This document shows positions 53,521-64,000 of a stretch of DNA of 64,000 bases, one piece after another (the first letter of the stretch is position 1; each line of letters begins with the position of its first letter). The notes below the pieces were generated by a model. The model ran no database searches. It was not told the origin of the DNA and was given only the letters and a program-made list of their open reading frames with translations. Where the stretch lies: assembly GCA_028534125.1 (NCBI GenBank), contig CM052829.1, positions 124,001-188,000 on the forward strand, in the 5' to 3' direction. A program made the position numbers and the translations under genes. The stretch comes from Lama glama (Eukaryota).

Positions 53521-53732
53521 NNNNNNNNNNNNNNNNNNNNNNNNNNNNNNNNNNNNNNNNNNNNNNNNNNNNNNNNNNNNNNNNNNNNNNNNNNNNNNNN
53601 NNNNNNNNNNNNNNNNNNNNNNNNNNNNNNNNNNNNNNNNNNNNNNNNNNNNNNNNNNNNNNNNNNNNNNNNNNNNNNNNNNNNNNNNNNNNNNNNNNNN
53701 NNNNNNNNNNNNNNNNNNNNNNNNNNNNNNNN
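53521..53732. other. Assembly gap (212 N)
   Basis: Run of N directly after a polypurine tract. Confidence 1.
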
Positions 53733-53983
53733 TGGGGCAAATCTTTTTCCCCCCAGGTTTAAGCTCTTGCACGTGAAACTTTTTATTTCCAGTTTTCTAA
53801 ACAGGCATTCAGATGAGCCTGTTTCCCACTTCCATTTTCTAATTAAAAGGTTCCTGATATTTCATTTCTTACTGAAATCCACTCTCAGCCTCTAAGCACA
53901 GAGGATTTGGAGCTCACATTCCTTTCTTCTTTTGCTCTCCCCTGTTCCTGGAACCTTCTCACCTTCCTCCCCACCCATCTCTC

Positions 53984-54018
53984 CTCTCTCTCTCTCTCTC
54001 TCTCTCCCCCTTCTTTTA

Positions 54019-54057
<39 letters not shown>
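53984..54057. repeat. Two (CT)n microsatellite tracts
   Basis: (CT)n at 53984-54006 and 54021-54057. Confidence 0.95.
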
Positions 54058-54061
<4 letters not shown>

Positions 54062-54099
54062 GCTTCCATGCAGTAGGGAGCAGAGTTCTCAGAAATTAG

Positions 54100-54980
54100 C
54101 TTTCAGAGGAAACATGGATGTAGTGAAAAAAGGATGCTGACACTAGGTGGCAAGATTAAATTAGGATTCGCGCTGGCCCAGCCCTATGGTGATGCAGCGA
54201 GTCCTTGCAAAGTCCCCAGAGGGTGGCCATGCCGGGACTGCCACCGTCATGGGAGGTTTTGAAGTCTCCATTTGTTCTGAACCAAACCATATAGGGTTCT
54301 GGTGGAGTCCAAGCCTGCTTTTCTCATCTCAGCCTTAAATATTACATACACATTACTTTTGATTAATTCTTTGCTTCTCTAGGGAGGCATCAGTGGAAAA
54401 CCTAAAATCTGTGGATTCTAAAACTTTACAGGTATTGGAGAGCCTGTTACCTAAAGGCTAGAGAGATGGCTGAGGATGACTTCTGATTTTCAGATTGCTG
54501 TCTATGGTGGTTTTACTTGGTATCTGAGAATTTTCCCTGTTTGCATTATATGGTACATTGTGATCTCAACATCTGCTGCAAAGAAAGTCACATTTTGCCA
54601 GGATATTGCGCGTTCCCACCAATAAGGCGGAGGTAGCACACCTACAGCGAGGCCATTGTGGGCAGGCGCCCTGGGGCTGTGCTGCCATCAAAGTGATATT
54701 TACTCCAACACTCACACCTTTCATCCTGGATGAAGCTGCCGGCGGTGTTGAGGGGGGGGTTGAAGGAGCAGATAGGGATGGGAAAGGGACCGCAAAGAGC
54801 GCCCAGCACAGAGCTGGATGCCAGAGTAGGAGTCCATGCCCCCACCTTAATTCTGCACCGCGCCCGCAAGCATGAGAACAATTTAGATAGATCATTGTGT
54901 GATACGTGTGCTCTCGGCCCTCCCAATAAACTCATTTCCCCTAAAAAAAAAAATCAAAACAAAAGTTCTAGCGTCTGACG
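54100..54980. promoter_or_regulatory. Candidate DLL1 presomitic-mesoderm (msd-like) enhancer
   Basis: T-box half sites TCACACCT (54712-54719) and GCACACCT (54636-54643), TCF/LEF site ATCAAAG (54687-54693), RBPJ core TTCCCAC (54613-54619). Confidence 0.55.
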
Positions 54981-55056
54981 GACGTGTAAAAACCTAATAA
55001 GGTGATGGTTGTGCAAAGGTTGTGGGTTGAGGCGGGGTGTCGGGCCGGAGGGTCTT

Positions 55057-55260
55057 NNNNNNNNNNNNNNNNNNNNNNNNNNNNNNNNNNNNNNNNNNNN
55101 NNNNNNNNNNNNNNNNNNNNNNNNNNNNNNNNNNNNNNNNNNNNNNNNNNNNNNNNNNNNNNNNNNNNNNNNNNNNNNNNNNNNNNNNNNNNNNNNNNNN
55201 NNNNNNNNNNNNNNNNNNNNNNNNNNNNNNNNNNNNNNNNNNNNNNNNNNNNNNNNNNNN
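55057..55260. other. Assembly gap (204 N)
   Basis: Run of N at the edge of the DLL1 CpG island. Confidence 1.
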
Positions 55261-55979
55261 CAGAGGGAGGCCGAGGGGGGATACCCAGGAGAAAGGGTCC
55301 GGAGACCCAGGAAAGGTGGCCGTGGCCAAGAATCGCGCCGGGAAGGGTGTGTGTGTGTGTATTTTGGGGGCTGAGGGGAGGGGTTGTTCAAGGCGTCAGA
55401 TCCCCCGGCTTGGGGGTAGCGGCTACCCAGACCCCGCCCCCCAGCGGCCGCGGACTGGTGCGGGGACACCCTGTGATAAGGTAACGGGGTCCTCTCGGGC
55501 GCCTCGCTTGCCCCCGGCCCCGCCCTACGTACGGGCTCTGTGTTCCAGACGCGGAGTCGCTGTCCTCTGCCGGGAGGTCTGGGTGCCAGACCTTCCCAAA
55601 CTTCCCGAAACTGCCGCTGCGCTCCCGCCACCTTCTCCCCACTGCTCGTGCCCGCCCCCTCCCTTTTGAGCCCGGGTCCCCCGCCCCGGAGACTCCTCCT
55701 TAGGAAGAGGTTGCCGGGGAGAAGGGGCGGCCCAGAGGAAACTGGGCCTCTGACTTCGCCCCACTCCCCAGGCCCCGGCTGCGGCCCGCGAGGGGGACGG
55801 AGGCAGGCGCAGCGGCGGCCGGAGAGTTCCCGAGGCCCGACGCGGCCTCACCCGCCGGGTTGCTCTCCGCAGGGCAGGGGAGGAGCGCCACCCCCGCGCG
55901 TCCAGGGGCCTCTCTGAGCCTGTGGCCGGGAGGGAGCGCCGAGGAGCCCGGGCGGCGGCACCGGCCTCGGGCGCAGAGG

Positions 55980-56260
55980 GGATTCTTGCGGTGAACATTT
56001 TGCAGGAATGTAAATGAGTGCGTTTGGTGTGGTGGGGGGTGTTGGGGGCGGGGGCAGGGGAGGGCCGGGGGCGGGGAGGGTGGGGGCGGGGAGGAGGGTT
56101 GCACATTTTACAGCTCACTGACCATTTGGCGATCCATTGAGAGGAGGGTTTGGAAAAGTGGCTCCTTTGTGACAGCTTTCGCCAGATTGGGGGGCCGCTC
56201 ATTTGCATCTCATTAGCCATGCGGCCGGCCGGCGGGATATAAGGCGGCGGCGCGGGGCGA
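55980..56260 (+). promoter_or_regulatory. DLL1 proximal promoter within a CpG island (about 55.3-57.8 kb)
   Basis: TATA-like GATATAAG at 56236-56243, octamer ATTTGCAT at 56201-56208, inverted CCAAT (ATTGG) near 56186, several GC boxes at 56045-56092. Confidence 0.75.
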
Positions 56261-56995
56261 GCCCGAGCCCCTGCGCGCCTGCGGAGCCCCGGCCGGCGCC
56301 GCACCGGACGCGCAGCCTGGCGCGCAGCCTCCGCCGCGACCTGGGCCGGGACCCCGGGTGTTGACCTGGATGGCACTGGCTGGGTCCCTCGGAAAGATTC
56401 GGGTCCAGGGCGCTGCCCGGACCGCGGCCGCCGAGTGAGCCGGCTGGGCCGCACCCGCAGGCGCTCCGCCGGCCTCGGATTACCGCCTCGCGCGTGGGAC
56501 TTCCAGACCGCTGCTCGCTAATCGGACTCGCGGGGAGCCCTTCAGTTCGCTGGGAATCGGGCTGAATATTCTGGACGCTTTCTCTCTCCTCTTTTTTTTC
56601 TTCCTTCTTTCTCTCTTTCTTTTCTTTTTTTTTTCCCCCTCCTACGAAGAAGCTTGAGACAAAACCAGGAAGCAGACGACCCCTACCTACTGGAGGATTG
56701 AAAGAAAGGGGAAAACCGAAAGTTGCCGCTCCAGGAGCAATCTCTCCGGGGAGCCTTGTTAAAATTCGTTCATCCCCGGAGCTGCCGTCGCCTCCGCGGG
56801 GCGGATCTAAGGAGCCTCGGCCTCGGAAAGAGCCGGAGACGGACCTTTTAGGAAAGAAGTCCGGATTATCCCTGCCCGGGGCAACGCGGCGGCCCTTTCC
56901 TGCCCACGTTCCTAGGGCCACATTCCTCCCCGAGATTCCCTGCTGACTTGAGAAGGGGGGGGCACCAGAAGAGCGAGCGCGTCCGGCGGTGCACC

Positions 56996-57049
56996 ATGGG
57001 CCGGCGGTGCGCCCTGGCCCTCGCCGTGCTCTCGGCCCTCCTGTGCCAG
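56996..57049 (+). CDS. DLL1: DLL1 exon 1 coding part (signal peptide)
   Basis: Kozak caccATGg; MGRRCALALAVLSALLCQ; donor CAG|GTAAGT. Confidence 0.97.
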
Positions 57050-57221
57050 GTAAGTGGCCAGGTGGGGTCCCCAGGGCCGCGCTGTCAGGTAGGCTGTCAG
57101 CGGGGCGCCCCGGGGCCCTATGGGGTCAGATGGGGACCCCGGGCGCGGGTCCCGCGGGGGAAAGGACGCGGCGAGACCGGGTCCCTGCGCCCAGAGCCCC
57201 ACGCCACAGCCTCCCCCGTAG

Positions 57222-57731
<510 letters not shown>

Positions 57732-58227
57732 TGACAGCCGGGGCGCGACGAGGCGGAGAGGCCGAGGACCCGGGACATTTCCGTATCCGGCCTCGGTGCC
57801 GAGCCCCCAGGTGGAGCAGACCCTTTCACGTGGGAAGGTTCTAGTTCCCCAGCTCCTGGTCGGCTGGCGGTTCTGTTACCCTCGGAGCCTGACAGCCCCC
57901 AGCCCCTCCGTTGGGTCCATTCCCGGGAAGGCTGCTGACAGCTCCCTGCAGCCCCGCCTGCTCCACGCGGTCTTTTTTCTTTTCTTTCTTTCTTTTTTTT
58001 TTTTAACGCGATATCCTGTATTAACAGGCTGAAAAAACACGTCAGGAAACCATTCTTTTAAACGCTCTTCCATTTCCTTAAGGAAACTGAAATCAGGCAA
58101 GCAATGTCCAGAGGCCCCGCAGGACACACTGCGCACGCGGAGCTGCCGCCGCTTACTTGGCTGTCCCGAGAGCTTTGATTTTTTGTTTTAACATTTCTGT
58201 CTTATGTCTCCTCCCCCCTTCTCCCAG

Positions 58228-58915
<688 letters not shown>

Positions 58916-60077
58916 TGAGACCTCACAGTTAGGCAGTGGCCGGCCGGGGTCAGCTCAGACGTTTTAACTTCCGCTATGGGAAGCTGCCTTTCTTAATCAG
59001 GAAGGATTTTGGAGACAGGGCCAGGGGTCAGGAAGTAAGCCTGAGGGAAGGGAGGGAGGAAGGAAGGGAGGAACAGAGTGGAGGCTGTGTGCAGGGTGTG
59101 CTTTTACCAAGGTCTCTTTGCCGGGACAACGTCTCGTTGAAAAGCGCTTTATTCCTCTCTGGAGCTCAGCCTCCTGTGGAGCCGGCGTGTTTACAAATGT
59201 TACATGTGATGCATGAGCACTGCTTGTGACACTGTTGCTTGTGGGGGTCTGTGGACACGGGTGGGTGTGTGTCGAGGCCTGGCTCTACCAGCCCTGCCCA
59301 GGAGGGGCCCACCTGCCCGTCTTGGACACCATGCATCTACTTGAGGGATGTTCACAGAGCGTCTTGCCTGGGGAGGAAATACTTTTACAAAAGTGACTTA
59401 GGCCCTGCCTGCCCACAGCTGGGGATTCTCCAGGTGGGCAGGGTGGCTGTCCAGGATGCAGGAAACCAGGGAAGGTGGGATGGGGGTTATGAGGACCGGC
59501 TGGCTCCTAGGCCTGGTTCAGTGGAACTCAGGTAGCCTCACTGCCATCCTGCAGTCCCAGGTGTTAGATTTCCCCATAGTTGGGTGGGGTGGGCCCTGGA
59601 GCTCCCCAGAAACCCCAGTGAACTTTCCTTCTGCCCTGGAGACAGCTAACCTTTTCTTGCTGGGTAGTTTCTTAGTTTTAATTTGTCCCTGGGGTGAGGG
59701 TAGGTCTTCACGCTCAGGCGTCCTTGTTGCTCAACTTTCCACAGTTCCTTGGAGCCCTCCTTGGCCTGAGCTGCCTCTGTTGTCTTAAAAACTTGTGGAG
59801 TGGCTTGTTAATGAGTTTCATAACCAGGGGAAGGAAGCCAGCTCGAAGCCTCAGCCTCCAGCCTCGCCTCCCCGCCACCCCCCAACCTCTGCTGCCTCCC
59901 TCCTGGCTCCCCTCCCTTCTCCTCGCCGTGGGGTAGCCATAAACTTAAACTTTTTCTTCTTATTCAAACACTGGATTCTCTCTCCGCCCCCAGCTCGCGT
60001 GCCACCGATTAGATCTCTCAGGGGATAGGCAGCAGGGACACACACCCATTCCCATTGGCGGAAAGGGTGCACGTGCA

Positions 60078-60080
<3 letters not shown>

Positions 60081-60111
<31 letters not shown>
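60081..60111. repeat. (GT)15 microsatellite in DLL1 intron 4
   Basis: Read directly. Confidence 0.97.
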
Positions 60112-60112
<1 letters not shown>

Positions 60113-60556
60113 TGTGCATGCTAAGGGTGTGTGTGAGGGGTGGGGGCATGGGGCGAGGGGCCGGTATTGTTGCACTGGGGCAGCTGCTGGGAGAGAGCAG
60201 ACAATGGAGCAGCTGTCTTGCCCTGGTACTCTGCATACCAGCTGTCCACCCTTATCTAACACACACTTTCTGGGTATTAAGAGGTGGAGCTTTGTGCATA
60301 GAATTGGGAAGTGGGGGAGAAGGGGGGGAAGGACTTCTGACCCTCTCTTAGAAGAAAAGGGACCGGTGGGGGTGGGGGCTTCCGCGCTCTTTTGTCCTTG
60401 AGCCGCTGTGTTAAGAAGAATGCTCCTGGGCTGAGTAAAGTCCGTGTTACCAGCGGCCGCCGATGCACTCGCTCATGGGCTTGCTGCAGAGCCGGCACAG
60501 CCTGCTGTGCTGGGGGGCGCTCTGGTGGGCTGACCCTGTGCCTTTTCTTCTTGCAG

Positions 60557-60617
60557 CCATCTGCTTGCCAGGGTGCGACGAGCAGCATGGGTTTTGCGAC
60601 AAGCCAGGGGAATGCAA
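60557..60617 (+). CDS. DLL1: DLL1 exon 5 (EGF1, 61 bp)
   Basis: ttcttgcag| acceptor; [19 protein letters not shown]; donor CAA|GTAAGT. Confidence 0.96.
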
Positions 60618-60881
60618 GTAAGTTTGTAAAAATTGCTTTTTTAATTTCCTTTTTCTTGTTATCCTTTTCCACCTAGTATATTTGTAAGGCAACTCTAGAT
60701 GATCTTGTAAGAAACTCAGTTAAGATTAGCTAGTTGGAGGCCTGTTTTTTTCTGGTGTTTCTATTTAAAAAATATATGGATGTGCAGAGGGTCAAGGATT
60801 GTCAGCATGTGAGCTCCTTGGCGGTTGTGGAACTTGCAGATGGAGGTTAAAAAGAACTGGCGCAGAAAAGGAGAGCACGTA

Positions 60882-61032
60882 GGTGGTTTTCAAACTTTGC
60901 AGCACATTAGAATCACTTAGCGATGCCTCCTTGGTTGGCCCTGGCACCCATAACCAGACCCTCTGTATGGGACCCGGGCCTCAGTTTGTATTTGAGTGCC
61001 TTCCAGGGTTCTGCCTCATTTGGGAACCAGTG
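60882..61032. mobile_element. MER5-like relic in DLL1 intron 5
   Basis: gtggttttcaaactttgcagcacattagaatcac start and tttgggaaccagtg end. Confidence 0.55.
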
Positions 61033-61093
61033 GTGTGGATGCTGTTTGCAGAGATTTTCGTGTGTGCGAAATGTGTTGCTAGGAACCCAGTAG

Positions 61094-61330
<237 letters not shown>

Positions 61331-61362
61331 TAACCCTGGGCTTCCTGTCTCCTTTCTCACAG

Positions 61363-61532
61363 ACCTGAACTATTGCACACACCACAAGCCCTGCAGGAAT
61401 GGGGCCACCTGCAGCAATACAGGCCAGGGAAGCTACACTTGCTCATGCCGGCCCGGGTACACGGGGGCCAACTGCGAGACGGAGGTGGACGAGTGCAGCA
61501 CCAGCCCCTGTAGGAATGGAGGGAGCTGCACG
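61363..61532 (+). CDS. DLL1: DLL1 exon 7 (EGF3-4, 170 bp)
   Basis: ctcacag| acceptor; [16 protein letters not shown]...PCRNGGSCT; donor ACG|GTGAGT. Confidence 0.97.
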
Positions 61533-61647
61533 GTGAGTCTGGCCACCGTGGGCACCCCTGCTGCGCCGGGAGTCCTGGTTTGATATGGGCCGCGCGGTTC
61601 CCTTGGAGCAACGTAAGAAAGCTTTCTTCACCTTCTCCGTTCCTCAG

Positions 61648-61864
61648 GACCTCGAGAACAGCTACTCTTGCACCTGCCCACCTGGCTTCTACGGCCAGAT
61701 TTGTGAGCTGAGTGCCATGGCCTGTGCCGACGGCCCCTGCTTCAATGGGGGACGGTGCTCGGACAACCCCGAAGGGGGGTACACCTGCCGCTGCCCCTTG
61801 GGCTTCTCTGGCTTCAACTGTGAGAAGAAGATGGACTCCTGCAGCTCCTCGCCCTGTCCCAATG
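61648..61864 (+). CDS. DLL1: DLL1 exon 8 (EGF4-6, 217 bp)
   Basis: tcctcag| acceptor; [16 protein letters not shown]...CSSSPCPN; donor ATG|GTAAGG. Confidence 0.97.
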
Positions 61865-62879
61865 GTAAGGGCCGCCGGAGAGCGCCTCAGAAGCATGTGC
61901 GCTTAGTTTCCAGCCCAGTTCATCAGTTTGCAAGTTACTTCGAATTTCAGGAGCCCTTTTGTCTGAACAGTGAGAAACTCTTCTTAGAAATTTTATCCTC
62001 AGGCTGGAAATGCCCAGGGAGTGAGAAAGACAGGCAGGAATATTCATTCTCTGCAGGGAATGCCACAGGCAGGAGAGGCAAGGACTTGCCTGCAGTGTGT
62101 CTCAGGCGCCCAAGATCCTGAGCACCAGCAGTCTGCCCCAGCGCCAGCTCTGCCACTGTGCATCGGAGGGCAGCTCGTGCCGCCACCACGTAGAGCTGGT
62201 GTGTCTGTGCGAGGAGCTGTGGTCTCTACGAGGGGTGGGATGCCCTAAGCAAACTCACAGGGAGGGAAGCTGGGCCCCCGACAGGCCAACGGTTCTGGAA
62301 ACTTCTGGAGCTTCTCCATTAGACACGCTGATGCTCGGAGAGGAGTCATTTTGCTTTGCCCTCTGTGTGCCGTGCAGAGGTGCGGCAGCCCTGTGAGCTC
62401 TGGCTCTTTTTTCCTGCTTGTTTCCATTCATTGAACCAACAGTGGCACTGATGTCTCATTTTTGGAGGGGGAAGGTTTAGCAGACTTGACTCTGGAAGGA
62501 CTGAGACCCCTCCCTAGCTTCTTTCCTCCTTCTTTTCTCTCTTTGGGTCTTCGATTCCTGCTTTCACTGCCTGTCACTGTGGGTAAGCCCGCCATCGCCT
62601 TGAGCCTCTTCTGTGGCCCAGTCCTTTGTTGGCTTGCTCTGATGACGAGGCAGGGATGCAGGCAGAGATCTTGCCCAGCACACGTAGGGGCCGGAGCCTA
62701 TGTTCTGTGTTTATGGAGCTAGACCAGACTCCCCACCACGGGCTCATATCTGACGTGTGTTCTCTTAAGTGACGACCTCGTCTAGGCTGACAGGTCTGCC
62801 CCGTTGCTGGTGTGTGATGCAGCAAATGCTTCAGGACATTTGCTGGGTGACAAGCCACTGCCCGTGTCCTGCGTTCCAG

Positions 62880-63675
62880 GTGCACAGTGTGTGGACCTCG
62901 GCGACACTTACCTCTGCCGCTGCCAGGCTGGCTTCTCTGGGAGGCACTGTGATGACAACGTGGACGACTGTGCCTCCTCCCCGTGTGCCAACGGGGGCAC
63001 CTGCCACGATGGTGTGAATGAATACTCCTGCACCTGCCCCCCCGGGTACACGGGCAGGAACTGCAGTGCCCCCATCAGCAGGTGTGAGCACGCGCCCTGC
63101 CACAACGGGGCCACCTGCCACGAGCGGGCCCTCCGCTACCTGTGCGAGTGCGCCCGGGGCTATGGGGGCCCGAACTGCCAGTTCCTGCTCCCCGAGCCGC
63201 CCCTCGGGCCAGTGGTGGTGGATCTGACCGAGAAGTATGTGGAAGGCCAGGCCGGGCCGTTCCCCTGGGTGGCCGTGTGTGCGGGCGTGGTGCTGGTCCT
63301 CATGCTGCTGCTGGGCTGTGCCGCTGCCGTGGTCTGCGTGCGGCTGAGGCTGCAGAAGCGCCGGCCCCCCGCTGACCCCTGCCGGGGGGAGACAGAGACC
63401 ATGAACAACCTGGCCAACTGCCAGCGGGAGAAGGACATCTCCGTCAGCGTCATTGGGGCCACGCAGATCAAGAACACCAATAAGAAGGTGGATTTCCACG
63501 CGGAACCGGGTGCGGAGAAGAGCAGCCTCAAGGCCCTCGACCCTGCCGTGGGCTGTAACCTGCTGCAGGACCCTAGGGGCGCCACCGCCACGAGGGACCC
63601 CCACAGCAAGCGCGACGCCAAGGGCCCGCCCCAGGGCTCTGTGGGGGAGGAGAAAGGCACCCCGACACTCAGAGG
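62880..63675 (+). CDS. DLL1: DLL1 exon 9 (EGF6-8, transmembrane helix, most of the intracellular domain, 796 bp)
   Basis: ttccag| acceptor; AQCVDLGD...[27 protein letters not shown]...[14 protein letters not shown]...IKNTNKK...TPTLR; donor AGG|GTGCGT. Confidence 0.97.
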
Positions 63676-63721
63676 GTGCGTGCCCCAGGCCAGAGGGGAC
63701 ACATGGGAAGGCCAGCCCCAG

Positions 63722-63868
63722 AGGGCACCCCAACACGGGTGCTGAGGGCCGGGCTGGGCAAGGGGCCAGCTGGGGAGAGCCCCCCAGCACTGGGGTGCTG
63801 ACGGCCAGGTTGGGCAGGGGCTGGCTGGGGAGGGCGCTCCAACACTGGGGTGCTGAGGGCCAGCTAGG
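63722..63868. repeat. About 55-bp GC-rich minisatellite, about 2.7 copies, DLL1 intron 9
   Basis: Units start at 63722, 63776 and 63831 and share a cca(a/g)cac(tg)gggtgctga(g/c)ggcc core. Confidence 0.85.
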
Positions 63869-63951
63869 TGTGTTCCTCCAAGCTCTGGTCGTTTTCCTGC
63901 TCAGAAATGTTTTCTCGGATTGACTGTGATTGTCTTTCGTTTTCCTCCTAG

Positions 63952-64000
63952 TGGAGAAGCTTCTGAAAGAAAAAGGCCGGACTCTGTGCACTCCACTTCA
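63952..64000 (+). CDS. DLL1: DLL1 exon 10, truncated by the window end
   Basis: ttcctcctag| acceptor; phase 2; GEASERKRPDSVHSTS. Confidence 0.92.

Noticed and set aside
53377-55669. ORFs containing long X runs
   Set aside because: Artefacts of translation across N gaps.
62831-63991. 386-aa minus-strand ORF
   Set aside because: Antisense shadow of GC-rich DLL1 exon 9 with no recognisable domain.

Overview
Mammalian genomic DNA, most likely a camelid (one Vic-1-like tRNA-derived SINE, and no primate, ruminant or pig SINEs recognised). It carries the head-to-head FAM120B / DLL1 locus. FAM120B (CCPG/SAN1, a FEN1/XPG-type PIN nuclease) is on the minus strand: a probable non-coding exon 1 in a CpG island at about 44.2 kb, then coding exons 2-6 (36019-34823, 29495-29315, 19765-19664, 11056-10884, 9535-9443; 582 codons). 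Its later exons lie off the left edge. DLL1 (Notch ligand Delta-like 1) is on the plus strand: ATG at 56996, exons 1-9 complete and exon 10 cut by the right edge. All coding junctions are GT-AG and phase-compatible. Between the genes are an orphan CpG island (about 50.8-51.8 kb), motif-rich DLL1 upstream enhancer sequence and two assembly gaps. Introns hold old L1/HAL1, L2, MER5/MER53/MER58/Tigger2 and LTR relics, identified by eye with approximate edges. I found no prokaryote-type system and no clearly novel gene. The best leads are: (i) a minus-strand mini-exon (MDRQM + donor) inside the DLL1 promoter, which together with a FAM120B exon-2 acceptor only 10 nt before the ATG would give an out-of-frame uORF instead of an N-terminal extension; (ii) a short FAM120B 12-aa repeat array; (iii) loss of the DYNL motif in the DLL1 cytoplasmic tail; (iv) three CAGCTG E-boxes exactly 29 bp apart in DLL1 intron 4. 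Comparisons with human and mouse are from memory and unverified.
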